This document shows positions 12,178 through 21,826 of a DNA stretch of 64,000 nucleotides, in pieces. Position 1 is the stretch's first letter. Each line of letters opens with the position of its first letter. The position numbers and the translations under genes were made by a program. The stretch comes from Candidatus Lactobacillus pullistercoris (GTDB lineage Bacteria; Bacillota; Bacilli; Lactobacillales; Lactobacillaceae): contig JAHLFT010000007.1 in the NCBI GenBank assembly GCA_018883635.1, positions 889-64,888 on the forward strand, read 5' to 3'. The notes under the pieces were generated by a model that made no database searches, was not told where the DNA came from, and saw only the letters and a list, made by a program, of their open reading frames with translations.

Positions 12178-13134
12178 TTAATCTCTGACATCCTTTTTTT
12201 CATAAGCATTGATTATTTTTGCAACAACAGGGTGACGAACAACATCATTGGCAGAGAAATTAATAAACTTGATCTGATCAATTCCCTTTAAAATATGTTG
12301 TGCTTCAATTAAACCACTACGCTGTCTTCCCGGTAAGTCTACTTGAGTCATATCACCGTTGACGATCATTCTAGAATTAAATCCTAGACGGGTAAGAAAC
12401 ATTTTCATCTGTGCATCGGTAGTATTTTGCGCTTCATCAAGAATCACAAATGCATCATCTAATGTTCTACCACGCATATAAGCTAAAGGAGCAACTTCAA
12501 TTGTGCCTCTTTCCATCAAGCGATCAGTCGTATTAGTCCCTAAAATTGCATATAAAGAATCATAAATTGGTCTAAGATATGGATCTACTTTTTCTTTTAA
12601 ATCCCCCGGTAAAAATCCCAAGGATTCACCTGCTTCAACAGCTGGACGAGTTAAGACAATTCGTGATACTTCACCTTTTTTGAAAGCGGCAATAGCACAA
12701 ACAACGGCTAAAAAGGTTTTACCAGTACCAGCTGGTCCAATACCAAAGACAACATCATTCTTCTGAATAGCATCAACATAACGCTTTTGCCCCATATTTT
12801 TAACTCTAATCGGTCGGCCTTTAGCATCCCGAATTAAAATCGTTTTATATAGATCAGAAAAATACTCAGTAGTTCCTTTATCCGCCATTTTCATGGCACT
12901 AACGACGTCGGGGGCACTAATGTTAACACCAGTGTTCACCACATTATCGAGAGCCTTCAAGACCTCTAGAACTTTCTTTACGCCATTATCATTGCCTTCA
13001 ACGATGATTTCATTACCAGTATCAGAGACAGAGACATCATAGCCTTCTGCTAATAACCTTAAATTGCCATCATTAACTCCAACGAGTTTTTGGATATTTT
13101 CTGTGCTTTCTGGAATAAAATTTTCTTGAGCCAA
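12178..13134 (-). CDS. phoH: PhoH-family ATPase
   Basis: Walker A GPAGTGKT and Walker B ILDEAQN. TTG start with a GGGGAG Shine-Dalgarno. Confidence 0.93.
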   Translation of the reverse strand: MAQENFIPESTENIQKLVGVNDGNLRLLAEGYDVSVSDTGNEIIVEGNDNGVKKVLEVLKALDNVVNTGVNISAPDVVSAMKMADKGTTEYFSDLYKTILIRDAKGRPIRVKNMGQKRYVDAIQKNDVVFGIGPAGTGKTFLAVVCAIAAFKKGEVSRIVLTRPAVEAGESLGFLPGDLKEKVDPYLRPIYDSLYAILGTNTTDRLMERGTIEVAPLAYMRGRTLDDAFVILDEAQNTTDAQMKMFLTRLGFNSRMIVNGDMTQVDLPGRQRSGLIEAQHILKGIDQIKFINFSANDVVRHPVVAKIINAYEKKDVRD

Positions 13135-13151
13135 ATGAACTCCCCTTTTTA

Positions 13152-13595
13152 TTAATTAAGGTGATTGCGAACTAACTCTGAAGCTTGTTTACCATCGGCA
13201 CGGCCCTTAATCTTAGGCATTAAGGCTTTCATTACTTTACCAAAGTCTGACTTTCCTTTAGCACCGACTTCTTCAACAGTTTCACTAATGATTTTATCTA
13301 ATTCATCCTTTGAAAGTTGTTTTGGCATATAACTTTCAACAACTTCGAGTTCTTTTTTAGTGGAATCAATTAAATCATCACGTTTTGCTTTCACAAATTC
13401 GTCGATTGATTCTTCTCTTTGTTTCTTTTCACGATTTAATACCGTTAACTCTTCGTCAGGATTAAGATCATGACCTAATTTAATTTTTTCATTCATTAAT
13501 GCAGACTTAATCATTCGAACAGTATTTAATCTAATTTTATCTTTATCCTTCATTGCCTGCTTCATATCAGACATAATTTGATCAGATAAACTCAA
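13152..13595 (-). CDS. GatB/YqeY domain protein
   Basis: 147 aa resembling YqeY (MSLSDQIMSDMKQAMKDKDKIRLNTVRMIKSA...). Conserved position downstream of rpsU. Confidence 0.85.
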   Translation of the reverse strand: MSLSDQIMSDMKQAMKDKDKIRLNTVRMIKSALMNEKIKLGHDLNPDEELTVLNREKKQREESIDEFVKAKRDDLIDSTKKELEVVESYMPKQLSKDELDKIISETVEEVGAKGKSDFGKVMKALMPKIKGRADGKQASELVRNHLN

Positions 13596-13680
13596 TGTAG
13601 TTCCTTCTTTCTGAAAATAAAACCTACAAAAGAATTATAACAAAGTTCAATCTATTTTTCTGCAATATTATTTGGGAAAG

Positions 13681-13711
13681 AAAAAAGATCTGGAAAAACC
13701 AGATCTTTTTG
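13681..13711 (-). terminator. rho-independent terminator/attenuator after rpsU
   Basis: Perfect 12-bp arms aaaaagatctgg / ccagatcttttt flanked by A and T runs. Confidence 0.75.
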
Positions 13712-13715
13712 TTTA

Positions 13716-13892
13716 TTAATAATGTCTACGCTTGCGTGCAGCTTCTGACTTAAGCTTTCTACGAACACTAGGTTTTTCATAGAATTCGCGCTTACGGTAT
13801 TCTTGTAAGGTACCACTTCTAGAAACGGAACGCTTGAAACGACGAAGAGCATCATCAATAGACTCGTTTTCGTGAACGATTGTCTTAGCCAT
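13716..13892 (-). CDS. rpsU: 30S ribosomal protein S21 (missed by ORF track, 58 aa)
   Basis: My own translation is [64 protein letters not shown] Shine-Dalgarno upstream. The track ORF 13652-13858 is a different frame of the same DNA. Confidence 0.95.
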
Positions 13893-13941
13893 GTGTGATC
13901 CCTCCTTCCATTTCTTGGCGTTACGCCATACGTTTAATTAA

Positions 13942-13969
13942 ATTATAGCAAACGAAAATTGACGGTCAA
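13942..13969 (-). promoter_or_regulatory. sigma-A promoter for rpsU cluster
   Basis: The minus strand reads TTGACC - 16 nt - TATAAT. Confidence 0.6.
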
Positions 13970-14090
13970 TAGAAACTCAAGAATTTTTTGAGATTTTTTT
14001 ATTTTTCTTAAATTGTATGGTGAAACTTGATTAAGCGATTTCATTACAGCTACTATCTGGTATAATTTTATGCAGAAAGAGGTGTATATC

Positions 14091-14921
14091 ATGCCTGAAA
14101 AGGATTCAAAAAATCAAGAAGTAAATATTGTCATTATTTCTGATTCAGCCGGCGACACTGCTTTTAACAACGCTGCTGCAGCTGCAGCACAATTTCCTGA
14201 TGCCAAAATCAATTATCGCCGCTATCCATTTATTACCGATAAGAAAAAACTAGATCAAACTCTAGATGAAATAAAACAATATCCAAATTTAGTGATTATC
14301 TATAGTTTGGCTAAAGATGAAATGCAATTGCCAATTATTCGTTTTGCAAGAGAAAATAATGCTAAACGTGTCGATATTATGTCACCAGCAATTGAAGCTA
14401 TCTCACAAGTTACGGGGATGCATCCAGTAGAACGCAGTGGTGCACAACACCAACTTAATTCTCATTACTTCGATCGAATTTCTGCAATGGAATTTGCGGT
14501 TATGTATGACGATGGTAAAGATCCTAAAGGTTTCTTGGAAGCCGATGTTGTCTTACTTGGTGTATCTAGAACTTCAAAGACTCCACTTTCATTGTTCTTA
14601 GCTAACAAAAATTTAAAGGTAGCTAACCTTCCGTTAGTTCCTCAAACTCATATTCCAAAAGAAATTTATGAGATCGATCCAAAGAAGATCATCGGTTTGA
14701 CAAACGATCCATCTGTCTTAAATGAAATTCGTCGTCAAAGAATGATTTCATATGGATTAAATCCTGATACTTCATACTCAAATATGGATTCAATTAATGA
14801 AGAACTTGCAGCCGCACAAAAGTTATACGACAAGTTAGGCTGCTATGTCATTAATGTGGCCCATCGTTCAATTGAGGAAACTGCTGCATTGATTATGCAC
14901 CACTTGGGCATTGAAGATTAA
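14091..14921 (+). CDS. putative pyruvate, phosphate dikinase regulatory protein (kinase/pyrophosphorylase, DUF299/YqfL family)
   Basis: P-loop GVSRTSKTP and conserved N-terminus IISDSAGDTA. The likely start is MPEKD at 14091, after AAGAGG. Confidence 0.88.
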   Translation: MPEKDSKNQEVNIVIISDSAGDTAFNNAAAAAAQFPDAKINYRRYPFITDKKKLDQTLDEIKQYPNLVIIYSLAKDEMQLPIIRFARENNAKRVDIMSPAIEAISQVTGMHPVERSGAQHQLNSHYFDRISAMEFAVMYDDGKDPKGFLEADVVLLGVSRTSKTPLSLFLANKNLKVANLPLVPQTHIPKEIYEIDPKKIIGLTNDPSVLNEIRRQRMISYGLNPDTSYSNMDSINEELAAAQKLYDKLGCYVINVAHRSIEETAALIMHHLGIED

Positions 14922-14957
14922 ACTTCATCAAATATTAATAATAAATATTTTTGATAA

Positions 14958-14995
14958 AAATCCTAAAAAGGCTAACTTTTAGGGTTTTTATTTTA
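14958..14995 (+). terminator. rho-independent terminator
   Basis: Arms aaatcctaaaa / ttttagggttt followed by TTTTTATTTT. Confidence 0.65.
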
Positions 14996-15098
14996 CTTTT
15001 AAATAGTTAGTAATATTCTTGTAACAAAAATAATCTATAATTCTAGTTTTAATTAAGAAAGAAAGCGAGATTTATCTATCTAAAAAGATAGTTTGATT

Positions 15099-15722
15099 AT
15101 GAAGAAGAAAACAATTTTTAATATTTTCACAACTTTGGCCCTTTCAGCCAATTTATTTACCACAACTGCTGGTATTGTTCATGCAGATGCAAATACAGAA
15201 AATGTTAATACTCAGAATGTTAAGCAAGAAAAAATGACTTGGGGATACCCTTTTGCCAAGTTAAATAAAAAAGGCGTTCACCCAATGTATAACGCCCAAG
15301 TATTTGGTAAAACCAATTATGCTCGCTCACTTAAGCCATTAAGTTACTTCCATGATGGCTGGGACTTTGGCTGGGGTGAAGTTGGACACTCAACAGTTAA
15401 AGCTATCCACCCTGGTACTGTAAAAAGTGTTGCTTATGGTAATGGCTTAGGTTGGTTTGTCTGGGTTGTTAGTCCAGATATTTACGTTGAAATCTATCAA
15501 GAAGGTTTCAAAAAGAAAAAGGACATTTCAGTAAAAGTTGGACAAACTGTAAAAACTGGTCAAAAGATTGGTAAATTGACCGGTTCTCACTTACATTTAA
15601 GTTTAACTAAAACCAATCATAAATACATTAATGCTAACGGATTTCCATGCAATAACTGGTTTATCAATAATGGAACTTGGTTAAATCCAGTTAAAGTCAT
15701 CCAAAAGAATCTTAAGAAGTAA
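15099..15722 (+). CDS. secreted M23-family metallopeptidase (peptidoglycan endopeptidase-like)
   Basis: Signal peptide MKKKTIFNIFTTLALSANLFTTTAGIVHA. M23 motifs HDGWD (HxxxD) and SHLHLS (HxH). Confidence 0.85.
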   Translation: MKKKTIFNIFTTLALSANLFTTTAGIVHADANTENVNTQNVKQEKMTWGYPFAKLNKKGVHPMYNAQVFGKTNYARSLKPLSYFHDGWDFGWGEVGHSTVKAIHPGTVKSVAYGNGLGWFVWVVSPDIYVEIYQEGFKKKKDISVKVGQTVKTGQKIGKLTGSHLHLSLTKTNHKYINANGFPCNNWFINNGTWLNPVKVIQKNLKK

Positions 15723-15723
15723 A

Positions 15724-15750
15724 AGAACTGCCCACCACGGCAGTTTTTTT
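15724..15750 (+). terminator. rho-independent terminator after M23 peptidase gene
   Basis: Arms aactgcc / ggcagtt followed by a T7 run. Confidence 0.7.
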
Positions 15751-15785
15751 ATGTTATAATTTTGAAATTGATATAAGGAGGAATT

Positions 15786-16082
15786 ATGTCAGATAAAGAA
15801 AAGCTTGAGCAAATGAAAAGTAATTTACAAAAAATAGCGGCTCAAAATCCCCAAAAAGAAGTTTCTTATCAAGAAATATTTTCAAATTCTTTCATGCAAA
15901 AATATACGCAATTTGCTAATTTCATCTTTTTCATGAAAGGATTAAAAATTGATGACTTTAGTAAAATTGAAAAGTTAAAATCAGATACTTTAAATGACTT
16001 TGTTCAAAAGAATTCTCACTTTAAAACTTGGGAAGAAATGCAACAAGCCGCAGTCAATGACTATATGAATAGCTTATTTTAA
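15786..16082 (+). CDS. hypothetical cytoplasmic protein (98 aa)
   Basis: Strong Shine-Dalgarno AAGGAGG. Its own extended -10 (TGTTATAAT, 15752-15760) follows directly after the upstream terminator. No family recognised. Confidence 0.6.
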   Translation: MSDKEKLEQMKSNLQKIAAQNPQKEVSYQEIFSNSFMQKYTQFANFIFFMKGLKIDDFSKIEKLKSDTLNDFVQKNSHFKTWEEMQQAAVNDYMNSLF

Positions 16083-16083
16083 A

Positions 16084-16114
16084 AGGCCTAGGATTAAATT
16101 CCTAGACCTTTTTC
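16084..16114. terminator. bidirectional terminator between convergent genes
   Basis: ggcctagga / tcctagacc hairpin flanked by an A-run and a T-run. Confidence 0.65.
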
Positions 16115-16133
16115 TTTTATTTAAATTTTTCAC

Positions 16134-17012
16134 CTAAACAATTTCTTGCTCTTTGAAGCGCCCGTATACCTTTTCTACTTCGCTCACGCTAACAAAAGCA
16201 TAAGGATCAGCTTTTTCAATAATCTGACGAATATCATACATATCATAACGATCGATAATGGTAATTAAAACTGTCTTTTCTACATGCCCAAAGGCACCTT
16301 CAGCATCATGAATAATCGTAATTCCTCGATGCATTTTAGTTTGAATTCCGTCGATGATACTTTGGGGATGTTCAGTAATAATCATTACCTGCATCTTCTT
16401 ATGTTGCGTATACACAGCATCAATCACCCGCCCGTTGATGAAAATTGTCAATGCTGAATAAAGTGCTCTGGTCCAGCCGAAGACGAAACCAGCGGCCGAA
16501 ATAATGATCAAATTAACAATGATATTAAATTTACCGTAACTTGTTCCCGTCTTCATCCGAAAGACGATTCCAATAATATCCAATCCACCAGTTGAAATTC
16601 CATTTTTTAAGGCAAAACCAGTTCCGATTCCGTTAATAGTCCCACCGAAAATCGCACACAACAAGGGATCCCAATGCACGCTAAGGGGTTGAATAAATTT
16701 CATCATAAGTGAACCAAGAACAACAGCAATAATTGTAAAGAATGTAAACTTATGACCAATTTTTGTCCAACCAATAATAAATAAAGGTACATTCAGTACA
16801 AAATACATTATTGACGTTGAAAGTGTAAACGGGAAAAAGCGCTGAGTAATAGAGTTAATTAACTGGGCAAAACCCGTAATTCCGGATGAATACATATGTC
16901 CAGGCGTCCAGAAGAAATTTAACGCAATCGCTACTGAAATTGAGTAGAATAAAGCAGCTGATAATTTCGAAATAAAATTATATTTTCTATTAAATCTGTC
17001 TAAGTTATCCAT
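16134..17012 (-). CDS. YitT-family membrane protein (DUF2179 C-terminal domain)
   Basis: 292 aa with a multi-TM N-terminus and a soluble C-terminal domain typical of YitT. Confidence 0.8.
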   Translation of the reverse strand: MDNLDRFNRKYNFISKLSAALFYSISVAIALNFFWTPGHMYSSGITGFAQLINSITQRFFPFTLSTSIMYFVLNVPLFIIGWTKIGHKFTFFTIIAVVLGSLMMKFIQPLSVHWDPLLCAIFGGTINGIGTGFALKNGISTGGLDIIGIVFRMKTGTSYGKFNIIVNLIIISAAGFVFGWTRALYSALTIFINGRVIDAVYTQHKKMQVMIITEHPQSIIDGIQTKMHRGITIIHDAEGAFGHVEKTVLITIIDRYDMYDIRQIIEKADPYAFVSVSEVEKVYGRFKEQEIV

Positions 17013-17119
17013 AATTTTCCTTATTTTTATTAAAACTAAATAACTTGCTTTAGTGTAACAAAAACTAGTATGATAACCAATACTATTTTATCAATTCTTA
17101 ATCTCCATTTCTTTTCAAT

Positions 17120-17156
17120 AAAAAATCACCTTAAAGATAATTTCTTTAAAGTGATC
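17120..17156 (-). terminator. rho-independent terminator after muramidase A
   Basis: 13-nt arms atcaccttaaaga / tctttaaagtgat with one mismatch, plus a T-run on the minus strand. Confidence 0.6.
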
Positions 17157-17165
17157 ATTTATTTA

Positions 17166-18380
17166 TTAACGAATATTTCCAGACTTAACATATTTACCTA
17201 CGCCAATACGGTAATAATATCTGCCATGAAGCTTAACACGACTACCATAAGCTGTGATTGTCGAACCACGCTTAATAGTTGGTACATAAATTCTCTTTCC
17301 TTTACCGGTATATACAAACGCATTATGCTTCACATATTTTGGACTACCATCGATGTTTCTTGCAACTAAGTATTGGTTATCACCGATCTTGTAGTAGTTA
17401 CGGTTACCAATTCTTACTAAACCACCAAGAACAGTAATCTTCTTGTAAGTTGGATAAATTGTCTTACCAACGCGGTTACCATTCTTGTCATAAACAGCAG
17501 CTCTATGCATGACAACCTTAGTCGTCTTAACTTCACTAGGTTGGCTAGAAGCTGGCTTTGAAGCTTGTTGATTAATATTAGTAGTGGCAGCTTGAGAACT
17601 GGCATTGCTTGAAGCGTTGCTTGCTGAATTCATTGACAATGGTAATAGGGAAATATTACCGTCAACATTTAAGCCGCGCCAATTATCAGTAAATTGCCAA
17701 ATTGCTACTCCATTCATTGATGGGAAGTAGTTGAAGTTTGGTGTATCAATTCTACCCATTGTAGCGTATGAAGCAACCCAAAGTGAATTTGGAAAGACTG
17801 AATTTACCTTAGCCGTATTGATATTACTATTTAATAAATATGCTCCTGAATAAAGAAGAGGTTGAAAACCTGAATCCTTTACCTTTTGCATAAAAGCAAT
17901 AATGGCATTGGCACTCGGATTCTTCCCACCATTAACATTATTTCCTTGATCAGTTTCCCAGTCACAAGCGATATATGATCCCTTAGGAAGTCCTAAAGCC
18001 TTAGCACTTGAAACAGCATAGTTTGCTTCAGCTACTGCTTGGCTACTATTAGAACCAAAAGTAGCAAAGTGATATGCCATTGGCATCATATTATTTGCGA
18101 TTGCACTCTTAATTTGGCTAGCAGCCTTAGGGTTACGGTATCCAGTACCTTCACTAACCTTGACAATTGCAAATTGACCACCAGCTTTTGCCATTGAGCT
18201 TAAATTTGTACTTTGATAACTGGCTACATCTACACCATATGAACGAGGTGAAACATTATTTCTAGCGGCCTTAACCTCTTGAATTTTAGCTGTATGAGTT
18301 TGTGCTGCTAAAAATGATCCACCTGATAGAGCACTTGCACATGCAAGAATACCTAAAATCTTCTTATTGCGTTTAAACAT
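17166..18380 (-). CDS. GH25 muramidase (lysozyme) with SlpA-type (SLAP) C-terminal cell-wall anchor, paralog A
   Basis: Signal peptide followed by GH25 catalytic motifs (YGVDVASYQ, IVKVSEG, DWE). The C-terminal tandem repeat (MHRAAVYDKNGNRVG...YYKIGDNQY / KHNAFVY...YYRIGVGKYV) resembles the Lactobacillus S-layer anchoring domain. Confidence 0.88.
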   Translation of the reverse strand: MFKRNKKILGILACASALSGGSFLAAQTHTAKIQEVKAARNNVSPRSYGVDVASYQSTNLSSMAKAGGQFAIVKVSEGTGYRNPKAASQIKSAIANNMMPMAYHFATFGSNSSQAVAEANYAVSSAKALGLPKGSYIACDWETDQGNNVNGGKNPSANAIIAFMQKVKDSGFQPLLYSGAYLLNSNINTAKVNSVFPNSLWVASYATMGRIDTPNFNYFPSMNGVAIWQFTDNWRGLNVDGNISLLPLSMNSASNASSNASSQAATTNINQQASKPASSQPSEVKTTKVVMHRAAVYDKNGNRVGKTIYPTYKKITVLGGLVRIGNRNYYKIGDNQYLVARNIDGSPKYVKHNAFVYTGKGKRIYVPTIKRGSTITAYGSRVKLHGRYYYRIGVGKYVKSGNIR

Positions 18381-18497
18381 TTAAGTCCCCCGTTAAAGAT
18401 ATTGTTTGAACTTTACGTATATTTTAACATGACTTGTACTTTACAAATCTTAAGAAAGCATGACAAATATATTTTATTTAACTTAACATAATCTTTT

Positions 18498-19106
18498 TTA
18501 TTTGATATTTATAAAATTTAAAAGCCAGTAGCCTGTCATAAAAATAATTGCAAGAACGGCAATCAAAGTTAATAACTTTTCAAAGAAGCCGCCAACTTTG
18601 TAATGAAAAAAGCGGCGGTATTTTTTACGATTAGTAAACGGCGCTAACCAGTTAATGCCATGATGGCTAAAAGCATCTTCAACTAAGTGCAAGAAGTAGC
18701 CAATACTAAAACCTAACCACAAACTTAACCAACAATTGGGATGCTGAAAACTAGATAATTCCTCTAAATTAAGTGGCATAATTTTTGACATTAAAAAATA
18801 CAGAAGTAGAGAAAAAATCCCCCACCCGATAAGTGAATGAGTAATTCCGCGATGGCGCAAAAACAAACTAAAGTTGATTAGCGATTTGCGCGATGCAGAA
18901 CTATTATAGTCATCGATGTCGGGTAAAGTCGCGCCAATAGCAGTTGCACATAATAATACAAGTGCTGAAGATGGACTTGTTTTGATTAAAAATTGATTAC
19001 TCGCAATCAAACCGAATTCAACTATTGCCACACTTACTAAGCGATGTGATCTAGTTAACAATTTTGAACCTCTTTTTAATAAACGTAATTTTATTGTACC
19101 ATACAA
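18498..19106 (-). CDS. membrane-bound metal-dependent hydrolase (YdjM/DUF457-like)
   Basis: Multi-TM protein with His-rich motifs HRGITHS and HLVEDAFSHHGI. The true start may be internal. Confidence 0.6.
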   Translation of the reverse strand: MYGTIKLRLLKRGSKLLTRSHRLVSVAIVEFGLIASNQFLIKTSPSSALVLLCATAIGATLPDIDDYNSSASRKSLINFSLFLRHRGITHSLIGWGIFSLLLYFLMSKIMPLNLEELSSFQHPNCWLSLWLGFSIGYFLHLVEDAFSHHGINWLAPFTNRKKYRRFFHYKVGGFFEKLLTLIAVLAIIFMTGYWLLNFINIK

Positions 19107-19143
19107 AAATACTGAAGCCGGGATTATTCGACTTCAGTATTTA
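19105..19143 (-). terminator. rho-independent terminator after PAP2 gene
   Basis: Arms aaatactgaag / cttcagtattt with a T-run on the minus strand. Confidence 0.65.
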
Positions 19144-19147
19144 TTTA

Positions 19148-19777
19148 TTAAATATTTTTATGCCAAATTTGATAAACTATTTTTTTCAAACAAATTGCAA
19201 CCAAACCTACCCAAAATGCGGCAAAGGCAGTTGATGCACATACATCTGATGGATAGTGTGCAAAGACATATACCCTTGAGCACATGACGATAACTAGCCA
19301 TATGATTAAGATCAGATCAATCCAAAAAAGCTTTGTTTGATCCTTTACTACAATTGGTAATAAAACCAAGATGAGCCAGAAAACAATGACTCCCATCCCT
19401 AAAGTATGACCACTTGGGAAACTAAAACCATCGTCAATTGCTAAATGCTGAACAGGTCTTGCTCTTTGGACTATATGTTTGATTATAAAACCGACTGCAT
19501 CAGCACTGACCAATGTGATTACGATACTGGTCGCCATTGGCTGCATATGTTTAAACCACAAAATAACGGCGAGAATTAGCATCCAAATTAAATCAACTTT
19601 TGGTGCTGCTAGCAAACTAAGTTTAAGCATCAATCCCGTTAAATTTGGAATGGCGCGAGCAACATGCTGCAAGGCTGCATCAAATTGAACAATCCAACCT
19701 GCTTTCATCATTACTGAAACAGCAAAAATCAAAAAGACAGGTAAACCAATATAAATTGCGTATTTTTCTTTCTTCAT
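19148..19777 (-). CDS. PAP2-family lipid phosphatase
   Basis: PAP2 motifs KHIVQRARP, PSGHT and SRVYVFAHYPSDV. Confidence 0.85.
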   Translation of the reverse strand: MKKEKYAIYIGLPVFLIFAVSVMMKAGWIVQFDAALQHVARAIPNLTGLMLKLSLLAAPKVDLIWMLILAVILWFKHMQPMATSIVITLVSADAVGFIIKHIVQRARPVQHLAIDDGFSFPSGHTLGMGVIVFWLILVLLPIVVKDQTKLFWIDLILIIWLVIVMCSRVYVFAHYPSDVCASTAFAAFWVGLVAICLKKIVYQIWHKNI

Positions 19778-19873
19778 TCTTCCAATCTCAATTCTAATTA
19801 ATTAACGTGTTAATTTTATCATTGAGGCAGAAGAGATAAAAGATTTAATTTGCTTTACATAAATTTGAATATT

Positions 19874-20314
19874 TTAATTAAACAACTTTTTATATTCGCC
19901 ATAACCTTCTTTATCTAAATCATCATAAGGAATAAATTTTAGCGCAGCTGAATTAATGCAGTAACGTAATCCACCCTTATCAATTGGACCATCAGTAAAA
20001 ACGTGCCCTAAATGTGAATCAGCTTCGGGACTTTTCACTTCTGTTCTTTCCATATTATGTGATTGATCGCGATGATAGGTTAATTTCTTAATTGGTTTGG
20101 TAAAACTAGGCCAACCACAACCTGCGTCATACTTATCTTGACTGGAAAATAAGGGCTCGCCAGAGACGACATCGACATAAATCCCCTTGTCATAAAAATC
20201 ATCGTACTTACCAGTAAAAGGATACTCGGTATATGCTTTCTGCGTGACATCATATTGCTCTTGGGACAATTTTTTTAATCTTTTTTCTTTATCAAAATTC
20301 ATCGTTTCCACCAC
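19874..20314 (-). CDS. msrB: peptide-methionine (R)-S-oxide reductase
   Basis: Catalytic motif GGLRYCINS and the conserved GCGWPSF and HLGHVF motifs. Confidence 0.95.
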   Translation of the reverse strand: MVETMNFDKEKRLKKLSQEQYDVTQKAYTEYPFTGKYDDFYDKGIYVDVVSGEPLFSSQDKYDAGCGWPSFTKPIKKLTYHRDQSHNMERTEVKSPEADSHLGHVFTDGPIDKGGLRYCINSAALKFIPYDDLDKEGYGEYKKLFN

Positions 20315-20371
20315 CTATCTAAAATTTAGCATTTAATCTTTCTTAGCCCAAATATTTTGCCTAAAAATAGA

Positions 20372-20412
20372 TAAAAAATCACGACAGCAATTATTTAATT
20401 ACCATCGTGATC
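20372..20412 (-). terminator. rho-independent terminator after muramidase B
   Basis: atcacga / tcgtgat stem flanked by a T-run on the minus strand. Confidence 0.55.
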
Positions 20413-20436
20413 TTTAAACTTTAATATTCAATCTTT

Positions 20437-21582
20437 TTAAAATGCATCTGCTCTCATGTAACGGTTCTTGTTTACACGGTAAACCTTTTGACCATTAACA
20501 GTCTTAATACCACCATAAGTTGCAACAGTGGTTCCTGCTGGAACATCTGACTTAGAAGTTACTTTACCTTTATTAGTGAAAATCTTAGTTGAAGACTTAA
20601 GAACACGCTTAATACCATCAACATTTGCCAATTTGACATAAGAATTCTTACCAATACGGTAAAATTCTTTGTTACCGATCTTTACAGGAGTACCATAAAC
20701 ATTGTAGGTCTTGTAAGTCTTGGCATGTTTACCAGTATTCTTACCATTCTTATCATAAATACTTGAAATTGACATAATCTTCTTACGTGCAGTTACACCC
20801 TTAGCTGATGGAGCTTGACTAGAAGCCTTGCCACTATTTGTCGTCAAAGGAAGCAATGAAATGTTGCCATCAACATGTAAACCACGCCAATTATCGGTAA
20901 ATTGCCAAATTGCTACCCCATTCATTGATGGGAAGTAGTTGAAGTTTGGTGTATCAATTCTACCCATTGTAGCGTATGAAGCAACCCAAAGTGAATTTGG
21001 AAATGCGTTTGTTACTTTAGAAGTATTGATATGGCTATTTAAAAGATATGCTCCTGAGTAAAGAAGTGGTTGATAACCGCTAGCTTTGATTTGTTTCATA
21101 AAAGCAATGATCGCGTTAGCACTTGCTGTTTTACCACCATTGACATTATTACCGTCACCAGTTTCCCAGTCACAAGCAATATATGAGCCTTTTGGTAAGC
21201 CATAAGCTTTTGCACTTAAAACAGCATACTTAGCTTCACTCTTAGCTCTTGAAGAATTAGCGCCAAACAAAGCAAAGTGATATGCCATAGGCATCATTCC
21301 GTTAGCTTTAGCAGATGAGATTTGAGACTTAGCCCTTGGATTACGATAACTAGTACCTTCACTAACCTTGACAATTGCGTATTTTGCACCTTTTCTTGCA
21401 CTACTTGCAAGACTAGTAGATTGGTAAACAGCAACATCGATACCATATGAACGAGCCTTTACTTTGACTGCCTTTACAGTTTGAACTTCTTGATTTGTAA
21501 AATTACTATCGACAATTGTTACACCTGCTGAAGCTAAAATGCCAGCACATGCTAAAATACTTAAAATTTTCTTACTCTGCAA
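20437..21582 (-). CDS. GH25 muramidase with SLAP-type anchor, paralog B
   Basis: Same architecture as 17166-18380 (YGIDVAVYQ, IVKVSEG, DWE, C-terminal YRIGKNSYV / YRVNKNRYM repeats). Confidence 0.88.
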   Translation of the reverse strand: MQSKKILSILACAGILASAGVTIVDSNFTNQEVQTVKAVKVKARSYGIDVAVYQSTSLASSARKGAKYAIVKVSEGTSYRNPRAKSQISSAKANGMMPMAYHFALFGANSSRAKSEAKYAVLSAKAYGLPKGSYIACDWETGDGNNVNGGKTASANAIIAFMKQIKASGYQPLLYSGAYLLNSHINTSKVTNAFPNSLWVASYATMGRIDTPNFNYFPSMNGVAIWQFTDNWRGLHVDGNISLLPLTTNSGKASSQAPSAKGVTARKKIMSISSIYDKNGKNTGKHAKTYKTYNVYGTPVKIGNKEFYRIGKNSYVKLANVDGIKRVLKSSTKIFTNKGKVTSKSDVPAGTTVATYGGIKTVNGQKVYRVNKNRYMRADAF

Positions 21583-21772
21583 TTAAATTCCCTCTATTTA
21601 TTATTCTCTTCAATTATTTAAAAAAGTGTTCTATACCTTCCACTTAGATTATGATAGCAGAGAATAGCAGCGTTAAATTTACAATCATTTAACAATTCTT
21701 TCGTATTTGTAACATATTATAAAAATATGCGCGGGAAGAAACTCATCGATAATTCTTGAATAGAGCATGCGA

Positions 21773-21803
21773 AAAACCTGGGAAAAATATTTTCCCAGGT
21801 TCA
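21773..21803 (-). terminator. rho-independent terminator after aspS
   Basis: Perfect 12-bp arms aacctgggaaaa / ttttcccaggtt plus a T-run. Confidence 0.8.
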
Positions 21804-21826
21804 TTTTTACTAAATTAATTATTCAA

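Noticed and set aside
13652-13858. 68-aa ORF from the six-frame track.
   Set aside because: It is an alternative frame of the same strand as rpsU. The S21 frame (13716-13892) gives a textbook ribosomal protein with a Shine-Dalgarno and a terminator. The 68-aa product has no recognisable features.
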